Below, one piece after another: positions 36,301-47,857 of a DNA stretch of 64,000 nt. The DNA comes from Octopus vulgaris (Eukaryota): contig OX597824.1 in NCBI GenBank assembly GCA_951406725.2, positions 10,044,001-10,108,000 on the forward strand, in the 5' to 3' direction. Below the pieces are notes generated by a model. The model was not told the origin of the DNA, searched no databases, and saw only the letters and a list, made by a program, of their open reading frames with translations. The position numbers and the translations under genes are program-made. How positions within the stretch are numbered: the stretch's first letter is position 1; each line of letters begins with the position of its first letter.

Positions 36301-37162
36301 CTGGTGAATGAAAGATGAAATCAAAATAGTAAATAAAGGAATAATAAGGGTTTCTTTTGATTTATCATTTATTCTACAGGAATATCCTACATTAGTTATA
36401 TATATATATACAGAGAGAGAGAGAAAGAGAGAGAAGATGGTGCCATTTGAGCGTGATCGCTGCTAGCATCGCCTTACTGGCACATGTGCCAGTGGCACAT
36501 GAGAAACAACATTCGAGCGTCGTTGTTGCCGGTACCGCTGGACTGGCTCCTGTGCAGGTAGCATGTAGAAAACACCTTTTGAGCGTGGTCATTGCCAGAA
36601 CCGCCTGACTGGCCCTCGTGCTGGTGGCATGTAAAAGCACCCACCACACTCTCAGAGTGGTTGGCGCTAGGAAGGGCATCCAGCTGTAGAAACATTGCCA
36701 GATCAGATTGAGCCTGGTGCAGCCTCTGGCACACCAGTCCTCATTCAAACCGTCCAACCCATGCCAGCATGGAAAGTAGACGTTAAATGATGATGATGAT
36801 ATATATATTTATATAACACAGGGTAGAGAGGACTTTTAATCTTGCCATAGATATGACAACCCTTCTGGTGCTGGTGCAATGTAATATGCAGCCAATGCAC
36901 TTTGTAAAATGGCTGGCAATAGGATGGGCAGCCAGCTACAGAAACTTTATAAAAATGAAACAAAACAAAGTTCCCAGCCTTTCTAGAAAGGAAGTAATGT
37001 TGAAATAGAACTGCTCCAGATTATGGCAACCCATCTAACTGAAACAGCTAATTATGCAAATATTTGGCACTGGTATCCAATCAAAGCTAGAAGAATGGAT
37101 CTTTAAAAAAAAAATCTCTTAGCAGAAGATGTAAAGGAATAGAAGTAGGTATTTTTCCTTAC

Positions 37163-37263
37163 TTTTCGACACGTGGTGACAGATGAAGCTGTGGATTAAC
37201 TGTGGGGGCTCCTGGATAAGGGAACATCAGTAGTAGGACAGCATTGTCTTCACCAGGATCATC
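37163..37263 (-). CDS. BABAM2: BABAM2 exon 6 (DDPGEDNAVLLLMFPYPGAPTVNPQLHLSPRVE)
   Basis: GTTAG / GTAAGG, 101 nt. Confidence 0.93.
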
Positions 37264-37545
37264 CTAACAAACAAGGATTAAGAGGATTAGTGAGAGAGGT
37301 AATATAAGCCTTGCTGACATAGTTTAAGAGTAGAGTTCAGTCTTGTATTTTCAGTATTAAAACATAAATCTTCCCAAAGATAGGATGTTGAGCCATTAAA
37401 GATAACATTCTCAAATTTTTAATCTAGAGCTTATTACTGACAGCTAGGTGAAGTGAAATAATCCACAGAAAAAAAAAATTTACTAAGAAACACTGCAAAA
37501 TGCTAGCAGATGATTTGAACTTGTGACTTATGAGCAGGAAGTCAA

Positions 37546-37591
37546 GACACCTGAAGATGGCTGGAGGGTATATCAGCCGAAATATTGTGTT
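37546..37591 (+). ncRNA. Minimal hammerhead-like motif in a Penelope-like fragment (37541-37658)
   Basis: ACAC-CTGAAGA-TGGCTG-gagggtatat-CAGCC-GAAA-TA-TT-GTGT; intact CUGANGA/GAAA core. Confidence 0.68.
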
Positions 37592-38223
37592 AACAACAAA
37601 GATGAGGACAAATATCTGTCGAATGTAAATAATTCCTCATCTCTTAAATATAGAACTATAAAATGTTTTGTTTGGTTTCTGTGGAAGTTGGAAACACAAG
37701 AAACAGAAAGTAATAATCCATCTTAGAAATCTTGTTTTTTGAAGAAGCTTTGGTTAGGCAGTAATTTAATAAAAAAAAAAGCATCTAATAAGAGGATATA
37801 TAGCTTGAATATCACCCACATAATAAAATTTGAGCTCTCTTAGATATCACATTGATATGGTCACAGTGTTGATCAGACTATCAGATGTTGTTATACACTA
37901 CTGGTTACAATGCACTTCCTTGCATAGTTGTAGCTTTCAAATGATGCCACCCCACTGGATAAGGGAAGAGACCAACATTCCTCCTGAGCAAGGTGCCAGT
38001 CCCTCCTAGGGTTACCAATTTTACAGCAGAGAAGACTGGAGTAATGTGAAATGAAGTGTTTTGCTCAAGAATACAATGCATTGTTCGTTTGGGAAACAAA
38101 ACCACAATCGGATCATGAGTGCAGCACCCTAACCACTGGGTCATGTGCACACACTGGTATTTAGTATCTATGAATGAAATAATTTTCCAAAATACCAGTT
38201 AAAAAAGAGGAAAAGAATCTGAC

Positions 38224-38301
38224 CTTTGTTAGATATGATGGTATCCGAGAAAAATCAACAGACATTTTTATTAAAAAGTGTACAGGTCCAACAGCTTGGT
38301 T
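38224..38301 (-). CDS. BABAM2: BABAM2 exon 5 (NQAVGPVHFLIKMSVDFSRIPSYLTK)
   Basis: CTTCAG / GTCAGA, 78 nt. Confidence 0.92.
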
Positions 38302-39515
38302 CTGAAGAAAGAAGGAACAAAACAAAATATATAAGCCAAACCATTTTCAGCAATTTCCAGCCTGAATTTACAAGATTCAAACCATTCTGACATAGAAAAT
38401 CTCTTTAACTTTCTGATGCTACTTAAATTTTTGTGTGATTTGAACTGAAGTCTGGATAATTGGACATGGAATTTATTATCAATGAAAAATGTAATTATCA
38501 AACCCTGCCAGCATAAAACACAGATGCTAAATGATGACAACGATGATGATGATTATGATGATGATTAATGTCACAAATGAAAGTGGCTTCAAAAGAAAAA
38601 GAATAAGATGGGTATGGAATTTGGTATTCCAAAATATCTAATTCACCTGTGTAAGACAACAGAACACCAGTTTTTTTGTTTTTCTTTTTCATGAGCCCTA
38701 GTTCTCATGAGGTTGGTTACCTGGCTTCCACAGGGACAAGACACCAGTCAAATGCAGGGTTCAAATCCAGTAATTAGAGTGGAGGGGACAGAGTGACTAC
38801 ATTCACTCCCAGTACTTGATTGGTACTTAATTTTAATGACCCCCACCAAATAGAAGAAAAGCAAATGTTGACCTGAGCAGGATTTGAACTGAACATCATC
38901 ATCATCATCGTTTAACGTCCACTTTCCATGCTAGCATGGGTTGGACGATTTGACTGAGGTCTGGCGAACCAGACTCCAATCTTGATCTGGCAGAGTTTCT
39001 ACAGCTGGATGCCCTTCCTAACACCAACCACTCCAAGAGTGTAGTGGGTGCTTTTACGTGCCAGTCAGGCAGTACTGGCAATGGCCACGCTCAAATGGTG
39101 TTTTTTACACGCCACCTGCACAGGAGCCAGTCCAGCGGCACAGGCAACGACCTTGCTCAAATGTTTTTTCACATGCCACCAGCACAAGTGCCAGTAAGGC
39201 AATGCTGGTAACGATCACTCTTGAATGGTGCTTTTTACATGCCACCAGCACAGAAGCCAGTTAGTTGCTCTGGCAACTATCACACTTGCATGGTGCTCTT
39301 AGCACTCCACTAGCACGGATGCCAGTCATCAAATTTGATTTCGATTTCAAACTCAAAACATGAAGAGATGGAAGAAATACCACTAAGCATTTTATCTAAT
39401 GTGCAAACGATTCTGCCAACTTGCTGCCATACTTCAATTTAGTCAGTCTGAAATTCTCTGACAGTCTTAATAAGCTAAACTAAGAAAGAAAGAAAAGGAG
39501 AAAAGAGTAGCTTAC

Positions 39516-39707
39516 TTCTGTCCTTGAGATATGCATCTCCACCTCTTCAGGTTTCACATCTGTGTGTTCCAGTAAGGATTCATACTCAAACTTCAACCGA
39601 TAATTAGATTCAACTAGCTGCTGTTGATAAAGGCGGTATTTGCCAAGTAATTCTTGGAGAACTATCAAAAGTGATGAAGCTTTGTAATGATCCCAGTTAA
39701 TGAGAGA
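39516..39707 (-). CDS. BABAM2: BABAM2 exon 4 (SLINWDHYK...RLKFEYESLL...ISRTE)
   Basis: TTTCAG / GTAAGC, 192 nt. Confidence 0.93.
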
Positions 39708-40440
39708 CTGAAATGACAAAAATACAACAGCTGAATTATTACAAAAATAGAAAAATTTATTAATATATGGCGTTAGGAAGAGCATCCAGCTGTAGAAACA
39801 CTGTCAGATCAGACTGGGTCTGGTGCAGCCTCCTGGTTTCCCAGACCCTGGTCGAACTGTCCAGCCCATACTAGCATGGAAAACAGACATTAAATGATGA
39901 TGATGATGATATATATATAGAAAATTTTTAGAAATATATATATGTAGGTAGTGGGTAGCAATTTTCTTCACTACTTCAGGGAGTGATGACCCTGCCTAAC
40001 ACGAGTCCTGGGCTCAGCTGGCAGTACCTGTTATGGGCCCCTATCCAGGGTTACGGAAAGGAGACAACCTTCAAAGAAATCTGGAGTGGAGCCCCGTAGA
40101 CGGTTTAGTGTTCGACTTGACACTCTTCTGGCAGCTCCTGCAACCAAGCTGGTTTCAAACGTAATGCTCTGCACTCCTTTGGACTACGTCAGCAAGGTCG
40201 AGAGAGGAATCCTGATGATTGGGCTACCCAGGATTTTCTTACATCTCGCCCAGGCCTGCGCAAAGCTGGAGAGAATATGGCATAACTGACATGAGTTCTA
40301 TTAGCTTGCAGTGTTGAGTTTAAATCTTCCTGCAAGTTGGGAAATATTCTGATGTATCCTTATCTTTCAAGAATTCTTGGCTTATTTATATTTTTCAAAT
40401 TACTAACTGGACAAACCATACAGACACACCAAACTTATCG

Positions 40441-40742
40441 ATCTATATTTAAGAGATGAGGAATTATGTACAGTTCTATATTTAAGAGATGAAGAATTAT
40501 GTACATTATTTACATTCAACGGATATTTATCCTCATTTTGTTTGTTGTTAACACAACATTTCAGCTGATATACCCTCCAGCCTTCTTCAGGTGTCTTGGG
40601 GAAATTTTGAATTTGGGTTCTCATTCCTAAGGTATTTTTCGATATTATTATTATTATTGTTACTGTTCAGGTCACTGTTTGGAATCGAACTCGGAGTCTT
40701 GGGGTTAGTAGCCCACGCTCTTAACCACTACGCCATATGCCC
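40441..40742 (-). mobile_element. tRNA-headed element carrying a hammerhead-like motif (40551-40595)
   Basis: A-box TGGCGTAGTGG, anticodon-arm-like GGGCTACTAACCC, B-box GAGTTCGATTC, then ACAC-CTGAAGA-AGGCTG-loop-CAGCT-GAAA-TG-TT-GTGT and a 31-bp tandem duplication at the 3' end. Confidence 0.7.
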
Positions 40743-40945
40743 ATGCTTCTTTTATCTAGCATAAAAGGACTACAGGTACTGCCTTATGTTGGCACAGAAG
40801 GACAACAGGCACTGCCTTTCATCTTGCATAAAAGAACCACAGGCACTGTCTTTCATCTTGTTTGGTGGAGCCTAAAAGCTTCAATGAGTTACTGGTCAAT
40901 ATGAGAGACAAAAGAGAAAGGTGAAATAATGGACTGGATTCTTAC

Positions 40946-41043
40946 CTCAATAGTTTCTAATTCTGGAGCAAATCCTTTCTGGTCAGCATCAAAGATGAAG
41001 TCTGGAGGATCATCTGGATGGTTGCAATCAAACAGCACCTCCC
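40946..41043 (-). CDS. BABAM2: BABAM2 exon 3 (WEVLFDCNHPDDPPDFIFDADQKGFAPELETIE)
   Basis: TGTAG / GTAAGA, 98 nt. Confidence 0.93.
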
Positions 41044-41374
41044 CTACAATTGTACAATATCATTATACTTTTATAATTAAAGACAATGTTTGGAAAATGG
41101 TAGAGGGTCCAACAGAGATGCATTTCCAACACAGGACCATGTTCTGAATGGAATGTAAATTGCACTACCAAGCTTGCTTGAAGCACCAATCCCCACAATC
41201 AAGTTCTTCAAGAAATTCTAATCTCAAGTTAATTCAAGTTGAAGACATCCTACCACTTAAAATAACCCCAACCCATGCTAGTATGGAAAAGGAACATTAA
41301 AAGAATGGAAGAATGCAGATGAAGTAAATAAGGGAAAGAAATTATTCAGGTACTTTTCTTTTATTATGCTTTAA

Positions 41375-41594
41375 CCCTTTTGTTACCATATTTCTGTTGA
41401 GATGCTCTGTGTTTCTTTCAGTTACTTTAAATATAACAAAGAATTTAGTAAAATAACTTAATTATCATTCAGTTGGTGTTAGGAACATAAATTGTGACTA
41501 AAGTTTGGTGGAAGATTTTAATTCAAAACTTATGAAAACAAGACATTTGTACTCAGAGCCAGAGCCGGTTTCAGCCGGGTTGGTAACGAAAGGG
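41375..41594. mobile_element. piggyBac-type MITE
   Basis: TTAA|CCCTTTTGTTACCA...TGGTAACGAAAGGG|TTAA. Relatives at 49989-50196, 55181-55401 and about 15924-16063. Confidence 0.8.
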
Positions 41595-41829
41595 TTAAGC
41601 AAAAAAGAGGGGCAGTAGTCATGGCGATTGCCAGCCATTGAAGACTGGGTAACTGATTAGATTCAGCTTGAACATCTGTGAGTTAAAAAACAAAAAAAAA
41701 AGGGGGATAAGAAAGGAGTTCCAGAAGAATGACATTCTGCAGATGGGGTGCAGAATAATTAGATAGAGAATTGGAAGAATTAATTTTCACCAAAAAAAAA
41801 AAAAACTAATTCTAGTTTGGAGATTGTAG

Positions 41830-42557
41830 TTAAGACACCCGTACCGGTGACACATAAAAAACACCGTCCGAAGGTGGCAGATACTAGTGCCGCCTGACTG
41901 GTGTCCGTGTCGGTGACACTTAAAAGCACCAACCGATCGTGGCTGTTTGCTAGCCTAGTCTGGCCCCTGTGCCGGTGGCACATAAAAACACACCCACTAC
42001 ACTCACGGAGTGGTTGGCGTTAGGAAGGGCATCCAGCTGTAGAAACACTGCCAAATCAAACTAGAGCCTGGTGCAGCCTCCATAGCTTGCCAGACCCTGG
42101 TCAAACCATCCAACCCATGCTAGCATAGAAAACGGACGTTAAATGATGATGATGATGATGATATTGCTGTGAAATTTATTTAAAACCAAGACATTAAAAT
42201 TTTTGATGCCAGCCCCGCCTTGACTGGCTTCTGTGCCGGTGGCACATAAAAAGCACCATCCAAACGTGGCCGATGCCAGCGCCGCCTTGACTGGCTTCTG
42301 TGCCGGTGGCACGTTAAAAGCACCAATCCGATCGTGGCCGATGCCAGACCCCCCTGGCACCTGTGCAGGTGGCACGTAAAAAGCACCCACTACACTCGCG
42401 GAGTGGTTGGCATTAGGAAGGGCATCCAGCTGTAGAAACACTGCAAAATCAACCTAGAGCCTGGTGCAGCCTCCATAGCTTGCCAGACCCCGGTCGAACC
42501 GTCCAACCCGTGCTAGCACGGAAAACGGACGTTAAACGATGATGATGATGATGATGA
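41830..42557 (+). mobile_element. Two tandem family A copies
   Basis: 41830-42162 and 42203-42557 share the private variant CTAGAGCCTGGTGCAGCCTCCATAGCTTGCCAG. Confidence 0.8.
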
Positions 42558-42803
42558 CTTCTCTTGCAAGTAATTTGCTGAGAGACCATGCATTGAAACT
42601 AACACAATTACTGCATGGAAAAACATATCAACCATTCAGAAACACAAATACAAAACTTTACTTAAACATTATTATTTGGTTTCAAAATTCTCATTGTACC
42701 AACTGCAACCATTAAAGTCTCTCATGTGAAGACAAATATGGAAAAAAAAAAACTTAAAAACCGATCAGGTAATATGAACTCATATAAATTAAATATTACT
42801 TAC

Positions 42804-42880
42804 ATGTTACAAAACAACCAGCATATGGAAGGGCTACTTTAAAACGGTCACCTTTTGGTGGAAGAGTTATGCTAGGACAA
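42804..42880 (-). CDS. BABAM2: BABAM2 exon 2 (SCPSITLPPKGDRFKVALPYAGCFVT)
   Basis: TTTTAG / GTAAGT, 77 nt. Confidence 0.92.
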
Positions 42881-45719
42881 CTAAAACAGAAAAAGAGACA
42901 AAAATATATAAAGTCATATAACGTATTTTGGGGATATTAAGAGACAACTTTTAATCTCTATCTCATTTCTCTGGCTGACATGCTTTATAAGTGCAAGTAT
43001 AGCTGTATGGTTAAGAAGACCACTTTGCAACCATGTGGTTTCATGTTCAGTCCTACTGCACAGCACCTGGGTAAGTGTCTTCTATTATAGTCCTGAACCA
43101 ACCAATGTCTTGTGAGTGAATTTAGTAGATGGAAACTTGCTATATTTAGTTACATGTCTTATACTCTGACTACAAAATTCACTAGAGAATACTTTACCCA
43201 TCATTCTCTCGGGTCAATAAATTATGTCTAGTCAAATATTTGACTTGCTTTAATTGATTACATCCCATGAAATATGACACCTTGTGCATCATCATCATCA
43301 TCTAACATCCTTTGTCTATATTGGCATGGGTAGGATGGTTGAACAGGAGCTGAAGAGCCGAGAGGACTGTGCCAAGCACTAATGTCTACTTTGGCATGAA
43401 TTTTATGGATGGATGCCCTTCCTAATGCCAACCGCTTCACACAGTGTACTGGGATTTTTTTTTACATGGAAATAGCACCAGTGAGACCACCAAGTAACTC
43501 ACAAAACAAGACACCTAAACTCAGGTGGGCTGTAGAATTGAGAGGAATGGCTTTATATCAGGGAATGAAAGGTTAAAATATAATAGAGGGTTAGAAACAG
43601 GTGTCTTGAAGTAGAGGAGATACATGTTACCCCAGTTGGAAAAGGAGAAAAGATAACAGGAAAGAGGTATCAAGGTGTACCCTGAAGTTACAGGAAGGTG
43701 AATACTGATATTTGAAATTCATTATCATCATCACCATCATTATTACTAAAAGGGGCAAGGAAAGACAGATTTCTTAGGAACAGTAAAAAAAATAAATAAT
43801 AATAAAACCTTTCATATCAAGTTACATCCCCTGATGTTCTGAGTTACAAATCTTGCCAAGGTCGCTTAAGCATTTCATCCTTCTGAAGTTGATAAAATAA
43901 GTGCCAATTAATTAAGGATATCTCACTCCTTAAAAATTTGTAGCCTTGTACTGATGTTAGAAATCCTAATTAAAGATCAAATCATATTATTATTGCTAAA
44001 GGGGACAAAGGATGGAAGAATGGATAGACCAAAGAACAGGTGTCTTGTGACAGGTGCATCTACATTCCACGTTCACCTCTCACAGAGCTCAATTTTGACT
44101 TTTATTCATCTAGGGTTCAAAGTTAAAGTACCAGTCAAATACTGGGGTCAATAATTTCAGCCTCAGTACTCAACTGGTACTTCATTTTTATTTTCCCTGC
44201 CTCTAAATTTCTAGCCTCATGTCTATGTTAAAAACGATTTATTATAGTGCAATGATTGGCAGAATTGCTAAATTATCAGGCAACATACACTGAGACATTT
44301 AGTTACTGTGCCATACATTCTGAACTCAAATCCTACCAATGTCAATTTTGCCTTTTATCTTCCCATAATCCATAAAATATACTAGTAAGTACTAAAGCCA
44401 ATTCATAATCTTATAATGCATCCTAGACGTGAATGGAATTATAGTTGGCTATACCCACCTCCCCATACAATCATTATTATTATTATTATCATTACTACTA
44501 CTACTACTACTACTATTTGAGTTATTTGTTCTAGCTCTTTACGTTCTAATTTCAAATTCCACTTAGGCCAACTTTGCTTTTCGTCCTTTCTGAGTCGATG
44601 ATATCGACCAATCCCCTTCTACTCAGAACTGTTGGCCTTGTGCGTAAATGAAACAAGAGATTAAGCAAAATCGTTAGAGCATCGGAAAAACTGCTTTGCT
44701 TGTTTCTTTACGTTCTGCGTTCAAGCCCCGTCGAGGTCAATCAACGTTGCCTCCCTTTCTCAAGGGTAGGTGAAATAAAGTACGAGTCAACCACCGGAGT
44801 CCATTTAATCGACTAACCCCACGACCACTACACACACACACACCAAAATTATTGGCTTTATTCTTACATCAGAAACAATTATTATTATTGACAGAATCGT
44901 TAGCACGCCGGTCAAAATGCTTAGTAGCATTTCGTCCGTCTTCATGTTCTGAGTTCAAATTCCGCCGAGGTTGACTTTGCCTTTCGTCCTTGCTAGATTG
45001 ATAAATTAAGTACCAGTGAAACATTGGGATCGAAGTAATCAACTATCTACCCCGCCCACGAAATTTCAGGCCTTGTGCCTGTTTTAGAAAGGATTGTTAT
45101 TATTAAAGTGCATGATATTAAAATTTATCATAAGGTTTATTACTTGAACAAGATAAACTTTAAATCGTCTTAAAATACCTCATGTATAAAATTTCCTTAT
45201 CAAGGAATCTATTTCAATATATCTACAAATTTCGTATCTTGGATCCATGAATTCTGCTTAACTTAGTAATTATTAACAAGTCCTGTTTCTTGATAGTTTC
45301 GAAGCTCCGGCTTCTTCTTCTTCTTCTTATACTTAGTAAGTAAAACTATCTACTTCGTCATTTGAAACTGCAACGAAAAGTTTCCGCAAGTAATCCTTTG
45401 ATAATGTGAAGTAGCATTAAAATACCCAGTCATGTTTATGTTTTCGTCTTAGAATAGCTAAAAAGAACTAAATGTATACTTCTTCTTATAATTTAACAAA
45501 TGAAAAACGCACTACGCACTTCATATCTTTCAGTCAAATACAGTAAAAATGTCCATAAAAGATTTTTTGTGCTTAAAACTGGTAAAATTCAAAAACTGAA
45601 TATAGTTTACATGCGTTTTGTTTAGTTATCTGAATCAATAGTGAGGGAAATAAATTGGTTTTACAATGAGAAGATAACAGAGGAAAGTATTACAAGAAAG
45701 TATTAGAAGAAAAGAATAC

Positions 45720-45841
45720 CTGGATAAAACGTCTTTGATATAAATATTTCCAGCGCCGATCCCAACCTGACCGTGCCTAACCAATGTCTCCACATATTGG
45801 ACGATCGTCGGAGATAATTGGTTCCAGATTTCGGGATCCAT
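45720..45841 (-). CDS. BABAM2: BABAM2 coding exon 1 (MDPEIWNQLSPTIVQYVETLVRHGQVGIGAGNIYIKDVLS)
   Basis: ATG at 45841-45839, donor AG|GTATTC, 122 nt. Confidence 0.92.
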
Positions 45842-46234
45842 GCTTCTTCTCAACTCTAAACACTTTTGACAATTAACCAAACACCGGTGTAAACAATAAA
45901 TGCGGCCCCTAGCAACGTTATTTCCAAATTGGTAAAATAAATATTTATTAATTTACTGAAAATATATACGACTAGTTTTATTTTGTTGTAAAAAATCTTC
46001 AATGAATTCCGATTTTTTACTCAAATAATGTCAAGACTGGACGAAAGTTATAAAACGGAAAATAAATTGGACAAGAAGAGGGGAAATAAAAAATGAGGGG
46101 AATATTGTTTTTAGCGTCCAAGGATTCTTCAGCAAGTACCTGTTATGTTTTATGCAGACGCATTAATTGATGTCGTAACATATATTTAAAGAAAACATCA
46201 CTGTTGGAACTTTTCATACAGCTAATAATTATAG
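45842..46234. promoter_or_regulatory. Probable bidirectional promoter of BABAM2/DDX28 and candidate non-coding first exon of DDX28 (donor AG|GTAGGT at 46234)
   Basis: Repeat-free stretch with retained CpGs between the BABAM2 ATG and the DDX28 exons. Contains RFX X-box-like GCGGCCCCTAGCAAC (45902-45916) and forkhead-like GTAAACAA. The DDX28 ATG exon begins with a splice acceptor, so an upstream exon is required. Confidence 0.5.
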
Positions 46235-47785
46235 GTAGGTTTGGAAAAATAAAAGTGAAGTTTATTTCATTGAATGGGATCAACAATTGGAATCTTAAAT
46301 TTCATAAAATAGAGGTAGGTTTTGAGGTATTTCAGTAAGGATCCCTTCTTTGGAGAAATGAGATCTGATGGAGAGCTGTAAATTTGTATTTTATATGTAT
46401 TTTTGTTTTTACCAATGTAAACAACACTAGTGAACTTCAAGTGATTTTCCCCTTTTGCTATTTCTCCGATGTTACATTCGCCCTAGAGAAAAGTTTCACC
46501 TTCTCAGAAGTTATCCGTATGACCAAGAAATAAAAACTTAGTTTTTCTTTAAATGTATTAGGATGATTGTTCATCAAAAGAACTTCTTAAAAGAAATCGA
46601 CCTGATAGTTTAATGTTTGCTTAACTGAAGTTGATTTTCTCTCAAAATGCGATCGTAATTCTTGGTGCCAAAATTTTTTTTTCTTTTTTTCTGTTTATCC
46701 ACGTGTTGTAAACATTTTTTCTATTATGTTAAAGTTCATGCCTGTTTATGTAGATGACTTTTATATATAAACTGCTTTTAGTGCATTTTTAATTAGTACC
46801 ATTTCTGTCAAATTCAATTAATAAACCAAATCGTTGTAGAAAACCCAGTTCATAATTATTAAGTAGTCAAACTAATTTATTTGACCTTTTTATTTTCCTA
46901 TTCGAAAACTCAACAATGACTTGTTTTTATGTATACCATCTGTAAATATATAAATCTACTTCAAAATACAAGTATAGAAGCTTTTCTGAATAAATCTGTA
47001 ATCTTGCAGATAGCATAAAGAACTAATGTAATGGCTAGTAATTACTGTGAACATTGATTATCAATATGTAAATTACCAACAGTCGTGGAGATAAATCACT
47101 GCCGAGCCAAATCGGTGGATAGTTTTCGTTTCTTGGTTACAGCCATTTTACTTGAGTTGTGTTCATAACTTTGGGGAATACATGTACATAACAATATGCT
47201 CTTCTCTTTATAAGTCTCTTCAGTGACATTGTGTCTTAACACTCGGTGATGATCATCTCGTCATTTTAGAGGTATATCACCGTGACCAACCAGGCTATCA
47301 GATGTTGTTACACATCGCTGGTCACAATGCGCTCCACATTGTTTTAGCCTTCAAATGACGCCACCCCGCTGGCTAAGCGAGCAGGCCAACAGAAGAAAGA
47401 GTGAGAGAAAGTTGTGGCGAAAGAGTACAGCAAGGATCGCCACCAACCCCTGCCGGAGCCTCGTGGAGCTTTTAGGTGTTATAAACACTCACAACGCCCG
47501 GCCTGGGATATCGAAACCGCGAGTCCTCTGCCCTAACCACTGAGCCATTGCGCCTCCACTAGAGGTATATACGAATACATTATCTAATGTGTCCTTTCGT
47601 TAGATGGTTGAAGTAAATGTGGCTGTTATTTTTAGCAGGTGTAGTGACTCTGTAGAAGCTCCCACATTAGTTATATATTATGTTATCTTGGATGATTTGC
47701 AATAACGATGTTAACAACTGAATTTTATTTTCTTGAAAATTCTCATTTTTTCTTTTCCCCCCTTCAGGCCTAGTAATCAAGAACA

Positions 47786-47857
47786 ATGAATTGGGCTTGT
47801 GTTTGGAGGGGACTGCAACAGGACAGTTTACTGATAGCCTTGACTGTTCGGCATATG
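47786..47857 (+). CDS. DDX28: DDX28 first coding exon (MNWACVWRGLQQDSLLIALTVRHM), probable mitochondrial presequence
   Basis: Exon starts at 47768 (CCTTCAG acceptor); in-frame TAG TAA precede the ATG. Donor ATG|GTGAGT, phase 0, joins exon 50277 giving VRHM-ST. Confidence 0.75.

Larger units (their letters stand above)
30926..45841 (-). other. BABAM2: BABAM2 (BRE/BRCC45) gene span, complete CDS of 1137 nt = 378 aa
   Basis: Eleven exons join in frame: MDPEIWNQLSP...DRFKVALPYAG...PPDFIF...RLKFEYESLL...VDFSRIPSYL...[21 protein letters not shown]...LIDYVP...EYDAEGF...YPYSPRWSGNEMAERA...GTF*. Typical BRE motifs. Confidence 0.96.

Noticed and set aside
39983-40290. GC-richer island, possible RTE 5' UTR with an HDV-like ribozyme (similar islands at 10850-11250, 15140-15325, 48190-48520)
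   Set aside because: A nested double pseudoknot could not be assembled by eye; it needs an Infernal/RNArobo search.
47768-47857. Second open frame through the DDX28 ATG exon
   Set aside because: No upstream ATG in that frame in the candidate first exon, and it stops four codons into the next exon.
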